Positions 23,101 through 35,092 of a DNA stretch of 64,000 nt are shown one piece after another. The DNA is from Centroscyllium fabricii (taxonomy: Eukaryota), in contig JBNRSN020000014.1 of assembly GCA_051313645.2 (NCBI GenBank), positions 11,098,001 through 11,162,000 on the forward strand. Direction: 5' to 3'. The translations under genes were made by a program, and so were the position numbers. The notes under the pieces were generated by a model, which was not told the DNA's origin, ran no database searches, and saw only the letters and a list, made by a program, of their open reading frames with translations. The first letter of the stretch is position 1. Each line of letters starts with the position of its first letter.

Positions 23101-25630
23101 GCATCAGATGTTGGAGTAGGGGCTATTCTGTCCCAACATTCGGCTTCCGACCAAAAGCTACATCCCTGTGCCTATTTTCCCAAACGCCTGTCCTCGGCTG
23201 AGATGAACTATGACATCGGGAACCGGGAGTTACTGGCGGTCAAAATGGCATTGGAGGAGTGGCGCCATTGGCTAGAGGGGACCAAGCTGCCGTTCCTAGT
23301 CTGGACAGACCACAAAAACCTTGAATAGATTCGCACGGCCAAGAGGCTGAATTCACGGCAGGCTAGGTGGTCCCTCTTCTTTACCTGTTTCAACTTCACC
23401 CTCTCCTACAGGCCTGGTTCTCGCAATGTCAAGCCTGATGCTCTGTCCTGCCAGTTCCAGAAGGAGGAGGGTTCCGCTCTTGGATCTGACCTCATCCTTC
23501 CAGCTCCTTGTCTTATTGCTGCTGTTACATGGGAGATCGAGGAGAGGGTGAGATCAGCCGTGGAGGATCAGGCTGGACCCAGCGGTTGTCCTCCCGACCA
23601 TCTATTCGTTCCCGCGAACCTTCGACCTGATGTTCTCCTGTGGGCCCATGCTTCCAAGCTTTCCTGCCATCCGGGGGCTCAAAGGACCAAAGAGGTTATA
23701 CTGCGGAGGTTCTGGTGGGATACGCTGGAAGAAGACACCCGGGAGTTTGTCAACGCCTGCTCGGTCTGCAACCAACACAAGCCGTCTCATCGGGCTCCCG
23801 CTGGCCTTCTGCAACCTCTGCCGATACCACATCATCCTTGGTCCCACATATCCTTGGACTTTGTTACCGGTCTGCCTCCATCCAAGGGACTAACCACGAT
23901 CCTGACAGTGGTGGACCGATTCAGCAAGATGGCCCACTTCATACCTCTGCCTAAACTGCCCTCGGCGAAGGAGACAGCAGAACTTATGCTGCAACATGTT
24001 TTCCGGCTTCATGGGCTTCCTGTAGACGTAGTCTCTGATCGGGGTCCTCAGTTTACGTCAGTATTCTGGAGGGAGTTCTGCAGTCTGATCGGGGCCACAG
24101 TCAGTCTGTCATCGGGTTTTCATCCGCAGTCCAACGGGCAGTCTGAACGTATGAATCAGGAGATGGAGAAGGCTCTCCGATGTATGGTCTCCCAGAATCC
24201 CTCTTCCTGGTCCCAGCTACTCCTGTGGGTAGAGTACGCTCACAACACTCTGACCAGTTCCGCCACCGGACTCTCCCCGTTCCAGTGCGCCTATGGATTC
24301 CAGCCCCCATTGTTTCCAGACCTGGAGAGGGAGGTTTCCTGTCCGTCCGTCCAGGCATTTATTCATCGTTGTCGCCGGACATGGGACCAGGCTCGGACTT
24401 CGTTGCTTCGCTCGGCGGATCGCTACTCGGCTGCGGCCAACCGTCGTCGCTCGGAGGCTCCTAAATATCAGGCTGGGCAGAAGGTGTGGCTCTCCACTAA
24501 GGATCTGCCTCTCCAGGTGGAGTCGAAGAAGCTTGCTCCCCGTTTTATCGGGCCCTTCGAGATCCAGAAGATCATCAACCCAGCGGCTGTGAGACTCAAG
24601 CTTCCTCGATCTATGCGGGTTCATCCCACGTTTCATGTGTCACGAATCAAACCAGCACGTGAGAGTGCTTTGGTGCCTGTTGCCACGCCCCCTCCACCTC
24701 CTCGTATGCTCGACGGTGGGTTGGTCTACACTGTTCATCGCCTACTTTGCTCCCGTCGTCGAGGGAGAGGACTTCAGTACCTGGTGGACTGGGAGGGGTA
24801 TGGTCCAGAAGAGAGGTCCTGGGTTCCTGCTCGCCACATAGTGGATCCTCAGCTTATGGTCGACTTCCACAAGAGGCATCCCGACCAGCCAAGTAGGAGG
24901 ACTGCGCCCCCTGGGGAGTCTGGGCAAGGGTCCGGTTCCGTGCATTCTCTGGAAACCCTGAACGAGGAGGTACAATCTTCTGATGATGAAAATTCCCTTC
25001 ATTCTTGTGATGAGATGGACGTGGATGAGGGTCCCGAGGAATGTTAGTCCCTCCTCCGCACCCCTCCGCCCACCCGATTCCGGCATTTGGGGTTTGGGAC
25101 GTCAGGAGTCGTCCCTTGACGGGGGATTTCTGTCATAGGTTGGATTCCCCTTTAACTCCTAGGTGGGCTCTTCTCCTTTAAACTGGTCAGCACCTCGTTA
25201 ACTACTGCATGCACCTGATTGGACAGCCCAGATTAACCAGTAGTATCTAGAGCTGTATATAAGCTCCCACTTTTCACCATGATGTTGCCAGATCGTTAAT
25301 TCTTCTGACTGTGATACTTGTGTTTAGTTCCTAGCTCTCTGATCCTGTCTGTTCGTGATACTGACCTGCTTACCGGAAATTTGGATTCCCTTCTGCTTGA
25401 ACTCTGTTTTTGGATTTGTCGCTCCCGTGGACGGACTACCCGGAATATTACTGTTTCTGAATTTGGATTCTCTCCTGCCTGAACTCTGTTTTGGACTTGT
25501 TGCCTCCGTGAACTTTCTGCCGTTATTGACCTACTGTTTCCCATATCTTTTGACTGCTCAGGAATAAAGGAGTTTACTTCTACGCAAGTTTTCGGTGTAT
25601 TGCATTTGGGCCCCACCTACAACCGTTACA
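20110..25630 (+). mobile_element. Chromovirus (sushi-ichi/Tf1-like Gypsy), full length, defective
   Basis: 500-bp LTRs 20110-20609 and 25131-25630 (3 visible differences); flanks ctcaat on both sides; gag with EPMQLG and CCHC; PR IDSGA; RT YMDD; RH; IN; C-terminal chromodomain ([15 protein letters not shown]); frameshift near 22030 and TAG at 23326. Confidence 0.96.
20627..25047 (+). pseudogene. Chromovirus gag-pol with frameshift and nonsense mutation
   Basis: ORFs 20579-22054, 21994-23328 and 23548-25047 are consecutive parts of one polyprotein. Confidence 0.9.
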
Positions 25631-26175
25631 CTCAATGATGGCATAGATCTCTCAATGACGGCATAGATCTCTCAATGACGCCATAGATCTCCTCTCAATG
25701 ACGGCAGAGATCTCCTCTCAATGATGTCCTTGATCTCCTCTCAATGACGGCAGAGATCTCCTCTCAATGACGGCATAAATCTCTCAATGACGGCATAGAT
25801 CTCTCAATGATGTCCTTGATCTCCTCTCAATGACGGCAGAGATCTCCTCTCAATGACGGCAGAGATCTCCTCTCAATGACGGCAGAGATCTCCTCTCAAT
25901 GACGGCAGAGATCTCCTCTCAATGACGGCCAAGATCTCCCCTCAATGACAGCAGAGATCACCTCTCAATGACGGCAGAGATCTCCTCTCAATGATGCCAT
26001 AGATTTCCTCTCAATGACGGCATAGATCTCCTCTCAGTGACGCCATAGATCTCCTCTCACTGACACAGAGATCTCCTCACAATGATGTCCTCGATCTCCT
26101 CTCAATGATGCCATAGATTGCCTCTCAGTGACGTCATCGATTGCCCCTCAATGACGGCATAGATCACCTCTCAAT
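25631..26175. repeat. Minisatellite gatctcctctcaatgacggca, right part
   Basis: More than 20 tandem units; further remnants at 26493-26575, 32475-32545 and 33835-33888. Confidence 0.93.
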
Positions 26176-26492
26176 AAGAACATAAGAAGTAGGAGCAGGA
26201 GTCGGCCATACGGCCCCTCGGGCCTGCTCCGCCATTCAATAGGATCATGGCTGATCCGAACTTAGATTCAAGTCCACTTCCCTGCCCGTTCCCCGGAACC
26301 CCTTATTCCCTTATCAGCTAGGAAGCTGTCTATTTATTTAATGTCCCAGCTTCCACAGCTCTCTGAGGTAGCAAATTCCACAGACTCACCACCTTCTGAG
26401 TGAATAAATTCCTCCTCATCTCAGTTTTGAAAGGGCAGCCCCTTATTCTCAGATTATGCCCCCTAGTTCTAGTCTCACCCATCAGTGGAAAT
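26176..26492 (-). mobile_element. CR1 LINE 3' end
   Basis: taagaacataagaag tail; near-identical to 35301-35620. Confidence 0.85.
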
Positions 26493-26577
26493 CAATGATG
26501 GCATAGGTCTCCTCTCAATGACGTCATAGATCTCCCCTCAATTACATCATCGATTGCCCCTCAAAGACACCATAGAT

Positions 26578-27112
26578 AGCGTCTTTACCATCTCAGAAGC
26601 CTGAGGAAATTTAGAACGTCCCCCCAAATACTAAACAACTTTTATAAATGTACTATTGAGAGTATCCTGTCGGGGAGCATCACCGCCTGCTTTGGTAACA
26701 GCATTAAACAAGACCGTAGGGCCCTGCAGAGGGTAGTACGGTCGGCAGAACGTACCACCAGGGGTGCATTCCCTAACCTGCAGGATATCTACACCAGGCG
26801 GTGCATGACTAAGGCTAAGAAGGTCATTAAGGATCCTAGTCACCCGAACAGCGACCTCTTCTCACTGCTGCGGTCAGGAAAACGCTACCGCAGCATTAAG
26901 ACCAACACAGAGAGGCTTAGGAGGAGCTTTTATCCCCAAGCCATCCGGATCCTAAATGAAGACGCTGCCAAGGGTCGGCATACTGCTCCCTGACGATTGA
27001 ATGCCTTTTTCTTCCTGTAATTATTAATTATTATTTGTATTTATTGTTATCCGGAGAGCACAGACATGGAGCTTGTGATTAAGCATTTCACTACACTTTG
27101 TACATGTATAAC
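26578..27112 (+). mobile_element. Rex1/Babar LINE 3' fragment
   Basis: FYKCTIESILSGSITACFG..RALQRVVRSAER..DPSHP..LRSGKRYRSI..RLRRSFYPQAIRILN. Confidence 0.85.
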
Positions 27113-27115
27113 ACA

Positions 27116-27634
27116 GAAACTTGGAGCAGGAGCAGGCCATTCGGCCCTTCGAGCCTGCTCCGCCATTTTGATGAGATCATGGCTGATCATCCAAACCCAG
27201 CACCCCCCTCCTGCCCTCTCCCCATATCCCCCAACACCCCCAACTCTAAGAATTATATCTCACACACATACTCATGGGCAATTTTTAGCACCTCCAATTC
27301 ACCTAACCTGCATGTCTTTGGGTGGTGGGAGGAAACCGGAGTACCCGGAGGAAACCCACACGAACACGGGGAGAACATGCAAACTCCACGCAGAGAGGTC
27401 GCCGGGCCAAGCAGGATTCGAACCCAGGAGCTCCTTATTGTGAGGCAGCAGTGCTAACCACTGCGCCACTGTGTGGGTTTCCTCCGGGTACTCAGGTTTC
27501 CTCCCACCACCCAAAGACATGCAGGTTAGGTGAATTGGAGATACTAAAAAATTGCCCATGTGTATGTGTGTGAGATATAGATAGTTCTTAGAGTTGGGGG
27601 TGTCGGGGGATATGGGGAGAGGGTAGGAGGGGGG
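27116..27634. mobile_element. Head-to-head V-SINE pair; the + copy is split by a Gypsy element and completes at 32313-32402
   Basis: Inverted V-domain sequences; the tail resumes after the LTR at 32313. Confidence 0.8.
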
Positions 27635-30600
27635 TGTGACCGAAATAACGACCTCGTGGACGAGTAGTTATAAGGGTGAAACAATACGGCTTTTATTCAC
27701 TAAATGGTGGACATGCACCAGGTAGTCGACCGTCCCCAGGAATGGCCGGGGGATGGGAGACGGCCGCTTATATACCTCCTCCTGGGAGGGAGGAGTCGCG
27801 GGCGGAGCCAGCCTGGGCATGTCCAGGTAATCTTACAACAGGTTATATACAAACATGGATATAAGCATGATTACAGAGATACATCATAGGGTGGGTATAT
27901 ACAATGGAAACAGTGGTTTACCACATTCACCCCTTCTTTAAAACAAAAGTCCGGCGGGGTGAACGCGACAGTTCTTTTAAATTTACAAATTAAGTCGCTC
28001 CGGCGGCCTGGTGATCCTGGTTGAGCGTTGCACCGCTGGTGGTGTCCGCGGTCGTGGAGTGGCCGGCCGAGTTGGTTGCATCGATGGTGCTGATGCTGGT
28101 TGGCGAGCGGTGATTGACAGCGTCGATTGGTTTCTGGGTGGTGGTGCCCTTGTAGTGACAGTAGGAGGCGCGCTCTCTCCCTCGTCGTCTGACTCTAGGG
28201 GGCGTGCACTGTGGAGCCATGCTGGAGGCCATGCCGTGCTGCTCGCAGGTGCCGGGTAGATGTACTGGGGTGCCGGGTCCTCGTGCCGGGGAGCGTACCT
28301 TGGCGCCGGTGGCTGGGGTGGCGTGGCTGGCCGCGGTGGCCCGGGCGGAGTGGCTGGCCATCTTGGGTGCGCGGGCTGCTGGGCGGGGCATCTTGGGTGC
28401 GCGGGCTGCTGGGCGGGGCTGGGTTTGGGGACACCCGCTGGCGCCAGGTCCTTGATTAACATGGTGTCCTCCCTCCCGTCGGGGTACGCCACGTAGGCGT
28501 ACTGGGGATTGGCGTGCAGGAGGTGGACCCGTTCGACCAGGGGATCTGCCTTGTGGCCCCTCACGTGCTTCCGTAGTAGGACTGGTCCCGGGGATAGCAG
28601 CCACGATGGTAGCGAGGTCCCGGAAGCCGACTTCCTGGGGAAGGCAAAAAGTCATTCGTGAGGGGTGGCATTAGTGGCCGTACACAGGAGGGACCGGATG
28701 GAGTGGAGCACTTCAGGGAGGACGTCCTGCCAGCGGGAGACTCGGAGGCCTTTAGACCTTAGGGCTAACAGGATGGCCTTCCAGACAGTGGCGTTCTCCC
28801 TCTCTACCTGTCCGTTCCCCCGGGGGTTGTAGCTGGTAGTCCTGCTAGTCGCGATGCCTTTGGCTAGCAGAAACTGACGCAGCTCGTCACTCATAAAGGA
28901 TGCCCCCCGGTCGCTATGGATACAGCTGGGATAGCCGAACAGGGAGAAGATGCTGTTAAGGGCTTTGATGACCGTGGCGGAGGTCATGTCCGGGCAGGGG
29001 ATGGCAAAGGGGAAGCGGGAGTACTCGTCAATTATGTTGAGGAAGTACACATTCCTGTTGGAGGAGGGAAGGGGTCCTTTAAAATCGACGCTGAGTCGTT
29101 CAAAAGGGTGGGTGGCCTTGATCAGGTGCGCCCGGTCTGGTCGATAGAAGTGCGGCTTGCACTCCGCACAGACCTGGCAATTGCTGGTCAGGATCTTGAC
29201 CTCTTCAATGGAGTAGGGGAGGTTGCGGGACTTCACAAAGTGAACCAACCTGGTGACCCCCGGGTGGCAGAGGTCATTGTGTAAGGTTTGGAGGCGGTCT
29301 GTCTGTGCGCTGGCACAGGTACCGCGGGATAGGGCGTCTGGGGGTTCGTTACATTTCCCGGGCCGGTACAAGATATCGTAGCTGAACGCGGAGAGTTCAA
29401 TTCTCCACCTTAATATCTTGTCGTTCTTTATTTTACCCCGCTCTTTGTTGTTGAACATAAAAGCGACTGATCGTTGGTCACTCAGCAGGGTAAAACGCTT
29501 GCCGGGCAGGTAGTGCTTCCAGTGACGCACTGCTTCAACGATGGCTTGGGCCTCCTTCTCGACTGAGGAGTGACGGGTCTCGGGGCCCTGGAGGGTACGC
29601 GAGAAGAAGGCCACGGGTCTGCCCGCCTGGTTAAGCGTGGCGGCCAGGGCAAAGTCCGATGCATCGCTCTCTACTTGAATGGGGACAGATTCGTCCACAG
29701 CGTGCATCGTAGCCTTCGCGATGTCGTCTTTAATGCCGCAGAACGCCGTGCGGGCATCTGCTGACAGGGGGAATGAGGTGGATTTAAGCAGTGGGCGAGC
29801 TTTGTCCGCGTAATTGGGGACCCACTGGGCATAATAGGCAAAGAACCCCAAGCACCGTTTAAGGGCCTTGGGGGAGTGGGGGAGGTGGAGCTCCATGAGG
29901 GGGCGCATGCGGTCCGGGTCGGGACTGATGACCCCATTCTCCACAACACTGCCGAGGATGGCAAGGCGGGTGGTACTGAACACATATGTTTCGGTGTTGT
30001 ACGTCAGATTGAGTGTTTTGGCGGTGTGGAGACATTTCTGGAGGTTGGCGTCATGGTCCTGCTGATAGTGGCCGCAGATGGTCACGTTATCGAGGTACGC
30101 GAAAGTGTCTCGCAGCCCGTACTGATCGACCATTCGGTCCATCTCCCTTTGGAAGACCGAGACCCCATTCGTGACGCCAAACGGGACCCTGAGGAAGTGG
30201 TAGAGGTGGCCGTCAGCCTCGAAGGCAGTATAGAGACGGTCCTCTGGGCGAATGGGAAGCTGATGATATGCGGACTTCAGATCTATGGTGGAGAACACCC
30301 GGAACTGCGCGATCTGATTCACCATGTCCGCTATCCGGGGGAGCGGGTATGCGTCTAGCTGGGTGAACCGATTGATGGTCTGACTGTAGTCTACTACCAT
30401 CCGGTTCTTCGCTCCGGTTTTCACTACCACTACCTGCGCCCTCCAGGGGCTATTACTGGCCTCGATAGCCCCCTCCTTCAGGAGGCGCTGCACCTCGGAC
30501 TTGATAAAGTCCATGTCCCCAGCACTGTAGCGCGTACTCTTGGTGGCGACGGGCTTGCAGTCTGGGGTGAGGTTGGCAAAGAGCGAGGGAGGGGCGACCT

Positions 30601-32312
30601 TAAGGGTCGAGAGGCCACAGGTAGCGTGCCGGGGATCTGCGCTGAGCGCCGGTTGCTGACCGTGAGCGAGGGAAGGGGCCCACCGTACGCCATGGTAATG
30701 CTTTGGAGATGGCACTGGAAGTCCAGACCCAATAGTAATGGAGCGCAGAGCTGCGGCAGCACGAAAAAGCTAAAATTATTAAAGTGCACGCCCTGCACCG
30801 TTAGAGCCACTGCGCAACGCCCAGAGACGTCCGCAGATTCAGATTTAGAAGCCATTGAAATTCTTTGGCTCGCTGGCATAACCTTAAGGGAGAGGCGCTT
30901 TACTGTCTCAGGATGAACAAAACTCACCGTGCTCCCACTGTCGAAAAGGCACACCACGTCCTGTCCGTTCACTCCCACCGGCATCATCGATTTCCCGAGC
31001 GTTTGGGCCTTGTTCTGGTCCAGAGTCACCGATGCCAATATTGGGTCAGCCGATTCCTCTTGATCCGAAGAGTAGTCCTCCGGGGCCGGTCTCCAAGATG
31101 GCTGCCGCCATGCGGTGTACTGCGGAGGGGGTGGCTGGGTCCAATATGGCAACTGCTGCCACGAGTGGTACCGAGTGGGGGATGGTTGAGTCCAATATGG
31201 CTGCTCCCATGTTCCGCACGCGGCGCTGCCCGGTTTCGGTTTAGGGGCTGATGTGGTCGCCTTACAGACTTTGGCATAATGTCCCTTTTTCCCACATTTT
31301 GAGCAGGCCGCTTCTCTTGCCGGGCAGCTACGTCTCGGATGCTGAGACTGCCCGCAGAAGTAACAGTTTGCCGTCTTCGCGTGAGCGGCTGCGATCATTT
31401 CTTCCGCCGGCCGTTGCGCCGGCGCTGTCCAAGATGGCGGGGCTGGGCCCGTATAATTGCCGGAATATGACGAAAGATTTAGTGAGGCCACGTCCAGCGC
31501 ATTTCCCAGATCCGTTGTTGCCTGCAGGTCAAGGCCGTTCTGCTCTAACAGCCTCTGTCTGATATAGTCCGACCTGAGGCCTGTAACATATGCATCTCTA
31601 ATGAGACTGTCCACATGGAGCTGGGCCGATAGCACTCTGCATTCGCAGGCCCGTGAGAGCACTCTCAGCACTCTTAAAAATTCCACGCTGGACTCACCGG
31701 GTTGCTGCTTCCTGGTGGCTAGGATGTGTCTGGTGTGGACGATATTGGGTGCCCGGTTGTACTCTGCCTTGAGGATCCTGATAGCATCCAAAAATGATGA
31801 TGCGTCCACAATCATGGAGTACACCTGAGGGCCCACCCGGGCGTTGAGGAGCCGCCGTTTGTCCTCTTCGGTCCTGACGACCGCTGCGTTCGCTCTCAGG
31901 TACGCATCGAAAACATCATACCAGTGCGAGAATGTGTTTGATGCGCCTGGTGTCCGGGGATCCAGTTCAAACGTTGCTGGCTTGAGCATCGCTTCCATCT
32001 TCAAAATTTAGTGAATAAAATTGTGACCGAAATAACGACCTCGTGGACGAGTAGTTATAAGGGTGAAACAATACGGCTTTTATTCACTAAATGGTGGACA
32101 TGCACCAGGTAGTCGACCGTCCCCAGGAATGGCCGGGGGATGGGAGATGGCCGCTTATATACCTCCTCCTGGGAGGGAGGAGTCGCGGGCGGAGCCAGCC
32201 TGGGCATGTCCAGGTAATCTTACAACAGGTTATATACAAACATGGATATAAGCATGATTACAGAGATACATCATAGGGTGGGTATATACAATGGAAACAG
32301 TGGTTTACCACA
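27635..32312 (-). mobile_element. Gypsy LTR retrotransposon (Mag-like, same lineage as 3335-8188), full length, defective
   Basis: 291-bp LTRs 27635-27925 and 32022-32312 (1 visible difference); imperfect 5-bp TSD ggggg/gcggg; PPT aaagaaggggtgaa; gag ATG at 31998; frameshift near 30650; nonsense at 28652. Confidence 0.95.
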
Positions 32313-32544
32313 GCGGGTGCTGGGTTTGGATGATCAGCCATGATCTCATTAAATGGTGGAGCAGGCTCGAAGGGCCGAATGGCCTACTCCTGCTCCTATC
32401 TTTTGTGTGTCGTCCGCAATGATGTATGTGACAAATAAAGTAAACCTGAAACTTGAAAAACTTGAACTTGATATCCTCAACGACGTCATTGATGACAAAG
32501 ATTTCCTCTCAATAATGCCAAATATCTTCCCGATGACGTCATAG

Positions 32545-32765
32545 ATCATAGAATCCCTACAGTGCAGATAGAGGCCATTTTGGCCCATCGAGCCTGCACC
32601 GACACATGTTCCCACCCCATCCCCGTAACGCCACACATTTAATCCTCCTAACACTAAGGGTCACGCAGACACGGGGAGAATGTGCAAACTCCACACAGAT
32701 AGTCATCCGAGGCTGGATTTGAACCCGTGCCCCTAGCGCTGTGAGGCAACAGTGCTAACCACTAT
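32545..32765 (-). mobile_element. HE1 SINE, internally deleted
   Basis: Head and tail present, V-domain partly missing. Confidence 0.75.
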
Positions 32766-33815
32766 TGTAAGAAGTCACACAACACCAGGTTATAGTCCCA
32801 ACAGTTTTATTTGAAATCACAAGCTTTCGGAGCGCCGCTCCTTCGTCGGGTGAAGTGAAGAGATGCATATAGGCAGAGCATATATAGCGCCCGGACCTGC
32901 TGTGATTTCCAACAAAAAAATAGTTTTTGGTTTTTCATACAGACCCCAGCATCAGCATCTGCAACATTTGACCCCTTGTGAGCCCACCTCATTGTTCTTT
33001 GATGGAATGTTTTGCTGACTGACCTGTTTGGACACCATTCACACCTTTGATTGCGGTGATTGTCTCTCTGCCGAGGTGTGATAAAGGGTAGTCAGAGGAA
33101 TGACCTGCAATCAGCTAGCATTGTTTTCTGACTATATATGCTGTGTCTATGTGCATCTCTTCACTTCACTTCACCTGACGAAGGAGCAGCACTCTGAAAG
33201 CTTGTGATTTCAAATAAAACTGTTGGACTATAGCCTGGCACTGAACACTTTTCAATTCAATTCAATTCAAGTTTTATTGTCATTGCAGAGTACGAGTACA
33301 ATACAACGAAACGAAGACTCGCCGCTCCCGAGAGTAGTGCAAATAAGTTACATACAATTGCATACAATAAAGTACATTTCAGGTGTGCAGATACTGGAGT
33401 TTTTTGTTGGAGTTCAGGAGACTGACAGCCCTGGGGAAGAAGCTGTTCTTGAATCTGGTCGTGCGGGTGTGGATTGATCTGTAGCGTCTCCCGGAGGGCA
33501 GGGGGGCTAACAGACTGTGGCTGGGGTGCGTGGGGTCTTTAATAATGTTCAGAGACCTCCGTAGGCAACGTTTGAGGTAGGTGCGTTCGATTGACGGTAG
33601 CTGGGTACCGGAGATTCGTTGGGCAGTTTTGACTACCCGCTGCAGGGCCATCCGGTCCGAGATGGTGCAGTTCCCATACCAGACTGTGATGCAGTTTGTC
33701 ATGTTGTATTGTACTCGTACTCTGCAATGACAATAAAATGGAATTGAATTGAATTGGGTGTTGTGTGACTTCTTACGATTGTCCACCCCAGTCCAACACC
33801 AGAACCTCCAGCTCA
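32766..33815. mobile_element. PLE-derived inverted pseudo-LTR pair with hammerhead-like motifs, interrupted by a Rex1 fragment
   Basis: gtaagaagtcacacaacaccagg..gctttcggagc (-) and ctgacgaaggagcagcactctgaaagctt (+). Confidence 0.7.
33252..33756 (-). mobile_element. Rex1/Babar LINE 3' fragment with a second, inverted 3' tail
   Basis: TNCITVWYGN..ALQRVVKTAQRI..DPTHP..LPSGRRYRS..SFFPRAV; (ttgaa)n tails at both ends. Confidence 0.82.
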
Positions 33816-33879
33816 TGACCATCGTGCCGAGACCCAACGACGTCATAGAAACCCAATGACGACACAGATCTCCCCTCAA

Positions 33880-33932
33880 TGACGTCATGGCTTTCTGGGG
33901 GGGGAGGAGGAGAGGAGACTTCCGGCGGAAGT
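33880..33932 (+). promoter_or_regulatory. CDC37 CpG-island-type promoter: CRE (TGACGTCA 33880-33887) and paired ETS/GABP sites (ACTTCCGGCGGAAGT 33918-33932)
   Basis: Exact motifs about 200-250 bp upstream of the ATG in GC/CpG-rich context; no TATA box. Confidence 0.7.
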
Positions 33933-33971
33933 GAGGCGCAGCGGCCCGGCGAGTTTGCTGGAAGCGACGGA

Positions 33972-34082
33972 GTGAGAGAAAGAGTGTGAGAGAGAGAGAG
34001 AGAGAGAGGAAAGAAGAGAGACACGGAGAGAGAGAGAGAGAGAGAGTGTGTGAGAGTGAGTGTAAAGAGAGATAGAGTGTGA
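33972..34082. repeat. (GA)n/(GT)n microsatellite in the probable CDC37 5' UTR
   Basis: Read directly from the sequence. Confidence 0.9.
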
Positions 34083-34127
34083 GGCGGGCAGTGAGCCGGG
34101 CTGGGCGGCCCCGCTCTCGGGCTGAAG

Positions 34128-34229
34128 ATGGTGGATTACAGCGTGTGGGACCACATCGAGGTGTCGGACGACGAGGACGAGACTCACCCCAACATCGACA
34201 CGGCCAGTCTGTTCCGATGGAGGCACCAG
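34128..34229 (+). CDS. CDC37: CDC37 exon 1 ([34 protein letters not shown])
   Basis: Invariant Cdc37 N-terminus with the CK2 site S13; Kozak aagATGg; donor CAG/gtgag. Confidence 0.98.
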
Positions 34230-34785
34230 GTGAGGGCGGGGTCCCGGCCTAGCCCCAGCCCCAGCCCCCCGGGCTCCGCACACAGGCCGCACTGACCATG
34301 GGGAAGCCTGGGGCCTGCAGACAAATCCCCCCCCACCCCTGTCCCCTTGGCCCAGCAATGGCCAGAGCTCACCCTCCTCCCCGCCTTTAACTCCAATATT
34401 CAAGGTTTTGTGCCGCTCTCCTCCCTCCGCCAACTCGTGCCCCTGCAAATCTTTCTCACTTTTTACAATGGCAATGTGCTGTGTCAACATGTCACAGTGT
34501 AGTTCCAGCCTCCCGCCAGTGGGGCCCTCGAGTTTCCCTCTCTGGCCTGCGCCCGGCTGCATTCAGTGCCTTTGTTACCTCTAGACTTGACTATTCCAGC
34601 GCACTCCCGGCCGGCCGGCCTCCCACATTCCACCCGACGTAAACTTGAGCTCATCCGAAACTCGGCTGCCCCGTGTCCTAACACGCACCAAGTTCCAATC
34701 GCCCATCTAAACCCCTCTATCAAATCTCTCCTCTGCCTTCTCTGCTCTTAAGGAGGGCTTGATTTATTGCCCATCCTACTTTTGA

Positions 34786-35092
34786 GTGGCATAGTGGTTA
34801 GCACTGTTGCCTCACAGCGCCAGGGGCCCGGGTTCAAATCCGGCCTCGGGTGACTGGACTTTTCACATTCTCCCCGTGTCTGCGTGCGTTTCCTCCGGGT
34901 GCTCCGGCTTCCTCCCACAGTCCAAAGATGTGCGGCTTAAGTTGATTGGCCATGATAAATTGACCCTTAGTGTTAGGGGGATTAAATATATGGGGTTACG
35001 GGGATAGGGTGGGAATATGTGGGGTTGCGGGAATAGGGCAGGCTTGATGGGCCGAAATGGCCTCTATCTGCACTGTAGGGATTCTATGATTC
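34786..35092 (+). mobile_element. HE1/V-SINE
   Basis: tRNA-like head, V-domain, tail. Confidence 0.85.

Noticed and set aside
25631-26175. Possible CRISPR or iteron array
   Set aside because: No spacers; ordinary minisatellite in a vertebrate context
33885-34562. 225-aa antisense ORF over CDC37 exon 1
   Set aside because: GC-rich shadow ORF running through a microsatellite; no recognisable domain
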